Origin: Anthoceros angustus
Taxonomy: Eukaryota; Plantae; Anthocerotophyta
Direction: 5' to 3'
DNA: 64,000 nucleotides
Assembly: GCA_010909165.1 (NCBI GenBank)
Contig: MU008161.1
Location: 744,001 to 808,000, forward strand
The position numbers were made by a program, and so were the translations under genes. Positions within the stretch are counted from its first letter, which is position 1. Each line of letters begins with the position of its first letter. Under the pieces are notes generated by a model, which saw nothing but the letters and a program-made list of their open reading frames with translations, was not told where the DNA came from and ran no database searches. Positions 35,214-46,000 of this stretch are shown piece after piece.

Positions 35214-36197
35214 TGACCAGTCTCTTGCAGCGCGAGTCTCCTCGACCCAAGGCAGTGAGGATCACGGAAACCGTGCGCAGATATCCGCAACCTCTGCTTG
35301 CAAAGTAAAGGCTTCATTTACTTATTTTAGCATGTTTAAGCTTGGCCTGTTTCGCCGTTCACGTGGGAAGTTTCGCTGCGTGGGGCCTGCCTCCCAGGGC
35401 TGAAGGCCGCGGGATGTGGTGTGGCCTGGAGGAGCACAGCAGCTGGCTAGCCCTCATTCCATTCTAGCAGTTCGCGTAGCACAGCATAGCAGAGCAGAGC
35501 ATGGCGGAAGAGCATGAGGCGGAGGATTGGCGCGCGCTGCCGGTTAAGCTGCAGCAGCTGCTGGTAGATCTGGGCCGGAATGCCGTGTCCCATACCCGAT
35601 CTGCATAATGAAGAAGAGTATGGCGGCTACTTCACTGGGCGAATCCGTGGTGATGAGGGAAGGCACTGGCGAGTGCGCAAGCGGTGTTGACAGCCATTGC
35701 CAACTGCCGCAGTCTCTTGCAGCGCGAGTCTCCTCGACCCAAGGCAGTGAGGATCACGGAAACCGTGCGCAGATATCCGCAACCTCTGCTTGCAAAGTAA
35801 AGGCTTCATTTATTTTAGCATGTTTAAGTTTGGCCTGTTTCGCCGTTCATGTGGGAAGTTTCGCTGCGTGGGGCCTGCCTGCCAGGGCTGAAGGCCGCGG
35901 GATGTGGTGTGGCCTGGAGGAGCACAGCACCTGCCTGGCCCTCATTCCATTCTAGCAGTCGCATAGCACAGCATAGCAGAGCAGAGCATGGCGGAAGAGC
36001 ATGAGGCGGAGGATTGGCGCGCGCTGCCGGTTCAGCTGCAGCAGCTGCTGCTAGATCTGGGCCGGAATGCCGTGTCCCATACCCAGCCTGCATATTGAAG
36101 AAGTATGGCGGCTACTTGATCGAATCCGTGGTGATGAGGGAAGGCACTGGCGAGTGCGCAAGCGGGTGTTGACAGCCATTGCCAACTGCCGCAGTCT
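35214..36197. repeat. Tandem duplication of about 490 bp covering the promoter and first about 70 codons of the TRN1-like gene
   Basis: TCTCTTGCAGCGCGAGTCTCC at 35221 and 35712; ATGGCGGAAGAGCATGAG at 35501 and 35988; junction microhomology CAGTCTC. Confidence 0.92.
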
Positions 36198-39100
36198 CAG
36201 TTCATAACCATTGGGGAGTGGGCCATCGGCTTGGATCGGGAGGATGAAGTGTCGGTTCTGTTGGGGGCCTGGCGTCCAACCCTTCCCTGGAATATCTGGA
36301 TGTTCCTGTGAAGGTTTTGGAAGGCAGGCGGCTTGCGAGGCTCTGGGCCAGCTTGTTGCATCCAGTCGCAGCCTAGAAGCGCTTTCAGCAGAGGCGGTTG
36401 GGCTTGATGCCGCGGGACTGGGTGCCTTGGCCAAGCTTCAACAAGGATTCTGTCCTGGAGAACTTGAACTTACGATGGAACAAGGTGGGAGGTGCTGAAG
36501 GGGCACAACACCTGCGGCTCCCCGTCTCAAGGATCTGTCACTGAAAGACATCGGCATGGATGTGGCGGGAGCCCAGTGTGCTCCAGGCACTGGAGTTGGA
36601 TCATGGCGTTGCACAGTGGGATCCCATTCCCGGCGGCCTCGGGCCCATGGGCACTGTGCTCAAACATGCTTTCACCCGCGCGGGTGAGAATGCCTCCATC
36701 TCTGGCGTCACAGACCTTACGTTGCTTATCTCGAAGGATGGGGAGGCAGGCCTGGCAGACGCCCTGGCCGGAATGCTGCGCACCAACGATCGTATCGAGA
36801 GGCTTGCCACCACTCCATATGCTCTCATCCACGGCCTGGACGGGTTACGCCACAACTCCACCATATCTCAACTTCTCTTCACGACCATCAGCTGCGACGG
36901 ATGTGGATGCGCCTTGTCCAGTTGCTCCCGGAATGCAAAGCACTGCGTGTCCTGGACTTGCATCGCTCAGGGCCACGCCTCGTTCAAGAAAGAGTTGCTG
37001 AGATCCTTGGAGGGCAACGCATCTCTGAAAAGCTCGACATTTCTCTGGGACGCCCTGGATCATGACATGTTTAGAGACTTGATGAACTGTATTCAAGTCA
37101 ACAAGACGTTACGGAGATCAACATCGGGGACAACATGGGAAGCGGAAGGAAAGGACGCAATCATCAATGCAGCCTTGGCAGGCAATGCCACTCAAGAGGC
37201 TTACTGGCCTTTGCTCGTGGGCAGGCAAGGGCCTGTGATGCCCAAGGCTGGGCGCTCTTCCTGTGCGGTGCCCTTTGGCAGGAAGACCACTCTCCGCACC
37301 ACCATGATTCGCGCATGGAGACGACACAGCCGCATCACCCGAGTTCCAGCTCAGCCAAGTTCCAGCTCGACTGAAGGGAAAAATATTTCGGGCTTGGCGA
37401 CGGATGGCTTCCGTCACCGGTACCAGAACGGAAGGCATAGAAATCGAGGTGTTGCGCAACGACCATGATATGCAAGTTACTATGTGGGATCTGGCTGGAC
37501 AAGCTCACTACCGAGCTCTGCAAGACTACCTCTTTCCGACCTTCAACCAAGCATGTGTCTTCCTGTTTGCGTTCAGCGCATCTGATGATCGGAAACGGAA
37601 ACCTCCCCAACTGCATCCGCCTAATATGCGTGATATCCTGCAGGACAGGTTCAGAAGGAGCTTGGCGTTCTGGCTTAGGTTCATCAACTCAAGTTGTCGC
37701 AACGTGGGCTCTACTTTGCCTCAAATATTTGTGGTGGCTACTCATGTGGATAAGATGAAGCGTTCTGATGCTGAAGCATTACCCAATCTCCTTCAACCCG
37801 TTCTGACAGAGTTGGCCACCGAGTTTGAACAGGTTGTTCACGTGGAAACAAAACACTCTTCTCCATGGACGCTCGATCTGCCAAGAGTGTGAAGCCCTTG
37901 CGGGACGCACTCATGGAATCGTTTCGAGCTCTATTTGCAACCAAACTGTTTCGGGTACCCGAGGTATGCAACCAATTGAGTGCTAATTTGACTGCCTGGG
38001 TATCCCAACATCCAGCTCAACCGATGGTGAGGAAACAGCAACTTCAAACTTTGTTCCAAAACGAGCTAGAGAGTCTCCACAAAGGTGGGGTTGAAGATGA
38101 GGGGGAACGATTGGGAGCCATTCTTGCCTATTTGCATGATGTGGGTGGTATCATCTGTTTTCAAGATACAGATGTTGTGGTGATAAACCCACACTGGATC
38201 AGTCACAATTTTTTAGGGCGACTCATTCAGCTTCTATCAACTTTTTGTGCGATGGTATGGTTTGTGTTTTTGGAAAGAGGACACCGGAGACATCGGTGAC
38301 CATATTGATATTCTGGTGAGGTCATCCAAGAGCATAGATGAAACTATCGAGTTTCTCAAGGAACATGTGGTTGCAAAGCTGAAATCTTTTTGTGCTTCCC
38401 CTGAAGGCAGTCCGGGAGTCGAGCTTGTGGAAGGAATTATCAGGACCGAGTGTGTCGAAAACCTCACACTCTGTATCTACCGGCATAACCAGTCAGTGCT
38501 AACGCAGGATTTGCTCAAGTGTGTTTTGCAGTCGAACAAGACTGTACAGGGGAGATTTTCTCCTCATTGGATCTGGCCGACTTCAGCTGGTCGTGGCCAG
38601 CATGTCCTGAAGCCTCTTTGGAGAGTGCCTTTGAGGGAGCTGATGAGCTTTTAAGTACTGGTGAAGTCTTGGATGTCTCGCAAAAGCGACGAACAGGTCT
38701 CCTTCAAACCATATCCAACATAGATGCAGCTGCAGAGGAAGTCCTGCCTACAGAGAAAGTGGTGCTCGAACAACAAGACGCACCAGTTCAAACGTCTCGG
38801 TTTGTCAGCATCCAACGTACTACATCCCTCCCTGGAACAACTCACTCGGAGATGGGGGAGCAACTGTTGCAAACCATCAATCAAGGGATAAGACATTTGA
38901 AGCACGAGGTGAAAGTGTTGAAGACAGAGGTGAAAAGGGAGAAGACCTTGCGGGAACATGCTCTACAATCCTTGCTTTCTAAGATGGACGAGATTATGAA
39001 TTTCTCTGCAGAATTAGAAAGCAGTCAGATACCCAGACGTCCCTACATCACCACTGCAGACGTGGGTTTAGCACAGAGATTGATTGCAGGGGTGCGTGTG

Positions 39101-39553
39101 GGCAAAGCGGCTAAGCTGCACTCCATGTGCGAAAACATCTTTGGGAATCACATCGTGCAGGGCCAAACTGGATTTGACTTGACATTGGAGGATGCGAAGT
39201 GGAGGTGGATCAGGCCCCTAGCACTCAACGGTGCAAAGCTATTGCTCTTCCTGGCCAAGGCTGGACTACATGCGACTGCCGGCATTGGGGGTTTGGTTCC
39301 CCACCCTGCCACCAGCTTGGACGGACCGGTTTCTGTGGCTGCGGCCTCTGGGGAATCAGCCCTGTCCCATTTCAATCTGGACCTGACCGGACCAGCTGCG
39401 AGCCAGAACACTCCCGTGCAAGAGGCATGGATTTCTCTGAAGAATCTTTTGCAGCCGTTGCGGAAAAGGCCTGAGGGAGGACGAGGAGTGGCATGGGTTT
39501 GCGAACGGTGTATGCGGAGGGGAATTGAGAAAAAAGTCTATCAGCCGCTGTGA
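35988..39553 (+). pseudogene. TORNADO1-like LRR-Roc-COR (Roco) gene broken by many 1-nt indels (pseudogene or uncorrected consensus)
   Basis: RI-type LRR fragments (LEALSAEAVGLDAAGLGALA; LADALAGMLRTNDRIERL), reconstructable P-loop LFLCGAPLAGKTT, G3 WDLAGQ, G4 VATHVD, COR ILAYLHDVG.I...VVINPHW, and a TRN1-type C-terminus PRRPY...LHSMCE..HIVQGQ.G...AWVCERC ending at TGA 39553. Confidence 0.85.
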
Positions 39554-41304
39554 CGGGAGCAACTAAAACGTCGTGTGTTGCAGCCTAACTTCGGCATTTG
39601 CAGGATTTGGAGAGGGCACAGGGGACGTCGGTGATCGTGTTGACATTTTGATGAGGTCTCGCAAGGGTCATCGAGTAGGACCAAACAATCGCGCTTCACC
39701 CTCGGCACTCGCGCTTTGTGCCCTTCCCTGCGTCCGGAGCTAGGATGGCGTGTGGTTGGTTAGACTGGCCGCCAGGCATTTTGGGGATGCTGGGTATGAG
39801 CTGCTGCGCTGTTTTGCAACACACCTAGGTGTGCTCGTCTTTCCTGCTCGTACAACTTGCAATTGCTAGCAAGCTTCAAGGGGTGTAGGACATAGTGTCG
39901 TGCTTTTAAGACGTGTGCTTGAACACGCTGAAGAAGGGCAGCTGTACGTAGCTCTAGTTTGCTGGGTGCAACCCCTGAATCTGATCCCTGATGTATCCTC
40001 TTCTGCCTGGATAGGATAGATTTGTGGTTGGTGAATGTTCCAGAGATGTAGAGAGCTTCCTCTTGACTGCAGCATTAGGGTTATCAGCCGTATTTGTCAA
40101 GAGATGCAGGGTTCGAGCTGCCGCACATCGAGACAGCGATCTCGAAATAAATGATGACAAACACCTTTGTCGAATTCGTCCCTTTTGGTTGTTCAAGCCT
40201 CTGACTCTTCCAGAACTGTGGAGGGCCCCTGGTTGGTGAAGGAGGGATCCTCCAGAGTGAGCATGCATCAGTGGCCAGGAATGACATCGTGCAGGGCCAA
40301 ACTGGATTTGACTTGACATTGGAGGATGCGAAGTGGAGGTGGATCAGGCCCCTAGCACTCAACGGTGCAAAGCTATTGCTCTTCCTGGCCAAGGCTGGAC
40401 TACATGCGACTGCCGGCATTGGGGTTTGGTTCCCCACCCTGCCACCAGCTTGACGGACCGGTTTCTGTGGCTGCGGCCTCTGGGGAATCAGCCCTGTCCC
40501 ATTTCAATCTGGACCTGACTGACCAGCTGCGAGCCAGAACACTCCCGTGCAAGAGGCATGGATTTCTCTGAAGAATCTTTTGCAGCCGTTGCGGAAAAGG
40601 CCTGAGGGAGGACGAGGAGTGGCATGGGTTTGCGAACGGTGTATGCGGAGGGGAATTGAGAAAAAAGTCTATCAGCCGCTGTGACGGGAGCAACTAAAAC
40701 GTCGTGTGTTGCAGCCTAACTTCGGCATTTGCAGGATTTGGAGAGGGCACAGGGGACGTCGGTGATCGTGTTGACATTTTGATGAGGTCTCGCAAGGGTC
40801 ATCGAGTAGGACCAAACAATCGCGCTTCACCCTCGGCACTCGCGCTTTGTGCCCTTCCCTGCGTCCGGAGCTAGGATGGCGTGTGGTTGGTTAGACTGGC
40901 CGCCAGGCATTTTGGGGATGCATGAGCTGCTGCGTTGTTTTGCAACACACCTAGGTGTGCTCGTCTTTCCTGCTCGTACAACTTGCAATTGCTAGCAAGC
41001 TTCAAGGGGTGTAGGACATAGTGTCGTGCTTTTGAGACGTGTGCTTGAACATGCTGAACAAGGGCAGCTGTACGTAGCTCAAGTTTGCAGGGTGCAGCCC
41101 CTGAATCTGATCCCTGATGTATCCTCTAGACTTCTGCCTGGATAGGATACATTTGTGGTTGGTGAATGTTCCAGAGATGTAGAGAGCTTCCTCTTGACTG
41201 CAGCATTAGGGTTATCAGCCGTACTTGTCAAGAGATGCAGGGTTCGAGCTGCCGCACATCGAGACAGCGATCTCGAAATAAATGATGACAAACACCTTTG
41301 TCGA
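39150..41304. repeat. Direct duplication of about 1.02 kb (39150-40174 and 40284-41304) with about 110-bp spacer
   Basis: ACATCGTGCAGGGCCAAACTGG...AATGATGACAAACACCTTTGTCGAA occurs twice. It duplicates the TRN1-like 3' end, a COR fragment (GDVGDRVDILMRS) and the start of the caspase-like sequence. Confidence 0.92.
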
Positions 41305-41728
41305 AAGCAATGATGACAAACACCTTTGGCTTGTTTGCCAGAGATGTACATAACTGTTTCCACTGATGGGTCTATCACTGGACACAGTTTTGCGGCAGAC
41401 AAGCCAAAGGTGTTTTGTTTTATCATTAATGCTTGTCGAGGCACCGACAACTGCCAAGGGTTAAGACGTCGAAGAGACGATGTCTTAGAGAAGCAATCTC
41501 GTCAGCAAGAGAGCTGGGAAGGTTTGACCCCTGCTTTCTGTGAGTGACTGTCTCGTCGTTTTCTCAACCAGTCATGGGAGAAGCATGTTTCAGAGATGCC
41601 GAGAGAGGGACAAAATCTATCCTCGCTTTGGTGGAAGCCATCGTTGAGGCCTCTCTAGTTAGCAGATTGTAGGACAGCGGCTCCAAGCTGATGTGTTTGT
41701 AGCTGGCAGTTTGACTCAGCGTCTAGTA
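41150..41728 (+). pseudogene. Frameshifted caspase-like (peptidase C14) p20/p10 sequence
   Basis: RDVESF..ALG, STDG, KPKVFCFIINACRGTDNCQGL (Cys at 41434). With single-base corrections it continues TPASVSDCLVVFSTSHGEACFRDAERGTKSILALVEAI and later Q....GSLTQRLV. The catalytic His region is not recognisable. Confidence 0.6.
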
Positions 41729-42339
41729 CAGTCCTCCGCTCGGCCAACTGAGCTAAAGTCGGAGCCTGCGGACGTGCGAGTCCTTTGCAGTTATTCAAGT
41801 CGCATTCAAACATCCTGCGTCATTGCAACACCGAGAATGTTGCAGCAATGGATTCACGAGTTCTTGCCAAACGTCTCATATCCAGGCATAGATAGTCCCA
41901 TGTGCTAGAAATCCTGGAAAAGAACGGTAGTAGAGTGTCGGTTGCTGGATCAGCAACGTCCCAATTTTGCTGGATTATGCAGCCCGCCGGAGAGATTGGC
42001 CATGGACATGGATAGAGTCATCAAGTCAAGTCTTCTACCGCTCAGCTACAGTCCTCAACCTGGTTTCAGCTTCGAGCTTTGTAGGCTGCCGCACTTAGCA
42101 CAATGGATGTAAAGCTTCGAGAGTCTGAGTGAGGGCCCCAGGAGCAAGCAGCAATTTCGGATGTTGACTTGCCTGACAAGCAGAGTGAACTTCGGTGTAA
42201 AGCGGCGGACTCAGATGACACCGAGCCTTCGTTGCACAAAAACTCTGCACCCGAAGGGCGTGAACTCCGAGACTCTTATTCACAGCTCACAAGTCACTGA
42301 ATGACGAAGAGGTATGATTCCCAGCTGGCGCAGCTCTGC

Positions 42340-42623
42340 TGGGCGGGATCTTCCAGTCTCATCAGCATGCATGAATGGCCAGTAACGACATCATGCCCTG
42401 CTCCCTGCATTGTTGCCTGCTTGCAAGCTGCAGAGAATGGTGGATCCTGCATGAGATGGTGAGGCATATGCCAGTGTGGATTAGGGTGTTGCAGGTGGTT
42501 GCAGCCAGGTTGTCAAGGTTCCGATTCGGATTAGCATATGCCACCTTGTTGTGCAAGTCTTGTGAGCAACTGCACCGCATCGGCTTGCTCCTCAGCTGGC
42601 TGCAACAGGCGGGTTCAGGATGA
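42340..42623 (+). pseudogene. Degenerate fragment of another TRN1-like C-terminal region
   Basis: 42345-42395 resembles 40244-40290 at DNA level. NDIM...VWIRVLQVVAARLSRFRFGL loosely parallels NDIV...RWIRPLALNGAKLLLFLAKAGL. Confidence 0.4.
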
Positions 42624-43020
42624 TGACGTCTACCATTGCGTAGATGCGAAGCGAACGATGATCCTTGAGTCCCCAGCTTCTCCGAATTGGAAACCGAGCT
42701 TGTTAGGGTAAAGCATGTACTTCAGTAGATTGTTCAGGGCACGGCATCACCTAGCACCTAGCTTGCTGGAGCTGGGCCCAGGATCTTGTCAAGCAGAGGT
42801 TGCGCATATCTGCGCACGGTTTCCGTGATCCTTACTGCGAACAAGATCCGCATATGCGCCACGTTTCCTTGAAACACCACGGGAACGAATCTAGTTGCAA
42901 ACTGCAATGAACAGAAATCTCAAACTCGTCTACAAACAGATTCGTGGAGCCAACTGATCCAGTTAATGGCCATCGGAGTGTACAGCGCCTCTCGTTATAA
43001 TGAAAAATCACGTTTTCAGA

Positions 43021-46000
43021 TTACACATGGCCGACCAAATTTTGTACCAAATCCTCTACAAAATTTTGACTGTCTACGTGCGCCATCTGAAGCCGGACAC
43101 AGCAGAAGCGGGCGTACACACTTTCCAGCTGTGGCAAGTTGAACCCCTCCGTCTGCAAGACAAGCCTCTCCACTAAATGTTGACTCTGATGTTTGTCCAA
43201 TTGACCACGTCCGTCTCCATCATCACCATCGCCATTTTCTAACGCATGCTCTCCACCGACCTCCATTGTCTCTGCTGCGTCTTCCAACACACTCGAAGCA
43301 AAGGTTTCTGACGTCTGCGTCTTGCAGCTGTCAGGCTTGTTTTGGGAGTTCTCGAACTCAGCAGCGCCAGCTGTGGGGGACTCCTGCCCTACTTGTTCGG
43401 GGACCAGCTCTTCAATATTGTGCTTCAGAGACTCTGGCTCCACTGCCGTTTCATCCACTGCAAAAGTAGGCATAGGCGGGCTTTCAACAGCCATCTCACA
43501 TGCAAACTCCCCTGCCACCTCACCTGCATCCATCGTTGCTGCCCAGTGTTAGAAAATGATCAAGACAGCTATTGTAGATAGAAAACTCAATCTGCACGTG
43601 CCTTGTTGCAGACCTTGATTGCTCGCGGTTGGACCCTTGATTGGACCCTTGATTGGGATGCCGGAACTTCCAAGCGGATTGGGGAGACGAGAGGCGGAAT
43701 TGGGCCTTTCGGTTGGTCCACCCTGGGCGGCAATGGCATCACATTGTGCCACTAAGGCAGGTTCCAACTGTGAAAGCATTCCGTGCACCTATTGCAGGAC
43801 GGATTTGGTTCATTCATAGTCAACCGAAGCTGTAGCGGCTTTAAACATGGGAAAACAGGCAATAAAATCATACCAAATCACGAAGTGCACATGCTTTACT
43901 GTAGATTCGACTAGTTGTGTAGTCACTACCATTGTAGGCCTGTCACATATCGGAATGTCCTGTTAGAGTTGGCATCTTAATGTCGAAATCCTCCACCGGC
44001 AGAAAGCACTCTCACATACCTTAGCATTGGCAGGAATTAGCTCCACATCTTCCACAAATCCTGCACGAGTCACATAGTAACCAGAGTCGACTCGTTGCAA
44101 TAACGTGGCTACATCCATCGGAGTTTTTACAAACTTGCAGTAATCTGGTGCGTCTTGATCTGTCACTGGATAGTGGAATATGCCGAAGTGCTTTTCATGA
44201 AGCAGACTACAACCAGGAGGAAGAGCAGTCAGTTCTACTCAATACACAAACTCGAAAGGGACACAAACAAACAGACATCTATTCAGGCAACATTACCTAT
44301 TGCAGACATCCCTCAGACACATGCGAAGACGACGAACAGCATGTTCCTCAAGGTCTGCCCGCGCAAGCAGTTCAGCCTCACTAGGACACTTGTCTACAAT
44401 AGGCGCCTTTGGAAGGGTGGGAAGTGGGGCCTTCTGCTTCAACTTCTTCCTTGACTTGCGATTTGAGAGTGCTGCTGCTGATTCTACCATTTGAGAAAAC
44501 AGCGTCCTTCTATCTCCTTCTGATGGAAGCTTCAACTCATGCCTGTGAGACATGCAATCATGAACATCAGATTCTAACTCTTTCCCTCTAAGAAGATGGA
44601 TTGGTATCAACTACTCTCAAATAAAGTAGATAGCGAGCCAACTTACACAACGTGACCAAACATGCCGAAGGCTTCCTGATCTAATTCCTTGGGAGAAACT
44701 GATGCAGTGCCTAATAGCAGCACCGGAAGGTCAGGTGGAACCTCAGACAGAAGCATTAAAAGGACTGCACGTAGCTGGTCATGTGCCTGCATGACATCAC
44801 TCCACCTCGTCAACATTCTCTCTTGGTTTCTGAGATTTACATCACCCAAGGCATAGTCCAACACAACCAAGTTCAAACTTCTCTCCACTGCCTTGCATAG
44901 CATTTCAGGAATGGATATACTTTCAGAAACAGGTATGCAGCTTCTTACTGTTTCCCACCAAAGCTGTAGCTGAGGGAGATACAGAACTGATGGAGTACAA
45001 CGGCGAGCCTCTTGAAAAACGTGGACCAGTGCCTCTTCAGGACTCTTCGCACTAGCATCCGAAAGCAATGCAGGAAGGCTAAGAGAGTGAACGGGATATT
45101 TTTCCAGCTCATGAAGAATTGCTGGTCCGACATAGTCCTGTCAGTTCCACCAAACAGGAATTGTAGCTCAGGCATTGCAAAAACAATGAAGCGGAAAGGG
45201 AATTGATTCATAACTCACCAAACCAGTTCCCTCCACACCGCACACCAAAAACCTTGGTCTGTACACACGAGACACTGATGAGCTCCGAAATGGAAACAGT
45301 CTAGCAAGCTGTTCACCAGTTTCTTCCTCGTCAGAAGAAATGCCACCATCGTTACCCTCCAGTGAGAATATTTCATTAATGCCACTCATGATAGCCTTAA
45401 CTTGCTCTTGCAGACATAAAGCGACCTGCATAGGCAAAGGCCGTGCATGGACCAGGGCTCCTCTGTGCGCAGCTGGTGTAATTGAAGACATAGCTTCAAG
45501 GAAGTGTCGCTTTCCAACCTCAATGGAATCCAAGTCCAAAACATACTGATCATCATTGTTGTAGACCTGAGGATACTTCTTTCGGAATGCTCTGATTGCT
45601 GCTTCTGTGCATAATGCCTTCAAGTCTGCACCACAGTAGCCCACACAGGAGGCTGCAAGTTCTGCCTTCAATTCCTCTGTTGGCGGTACTACCCACTTCC
45701 TGGTATGAATGTCCAGAATTTCTGCTCGAGCTTTCAAATCAGGTAAAGGAAACACAAATTCTCTATCAAACCGACCAGGCCTCCTCAGTGCACTATCAAT
45801 GGCATCAACCCTATTGGTTGCACCAATGACCACAACCTGCCCCCGGGAATCAAGGCCATCCATCAAAGCCAGTAGCGTTGAGACAATGGAGTTATGAATC
45901 TGTTCCTGTTTGCTTGAGCGCACCGGCGCCAGGCCATCTATCTCGTCAAAGAATATAATGGAGGGCTGACAGCGTTGGGCTTCCTCAAATAAAGCTTTGA

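Noticed and set aside
39553-41150. Direct in-frame Roco-caspase fusion
   Set aside because: The Roco C-terminus ends in a TRN1-like terminal motif and a stop codon, and more than 400 bp of non-open sequence separates it from the caspase-like part in both copies.
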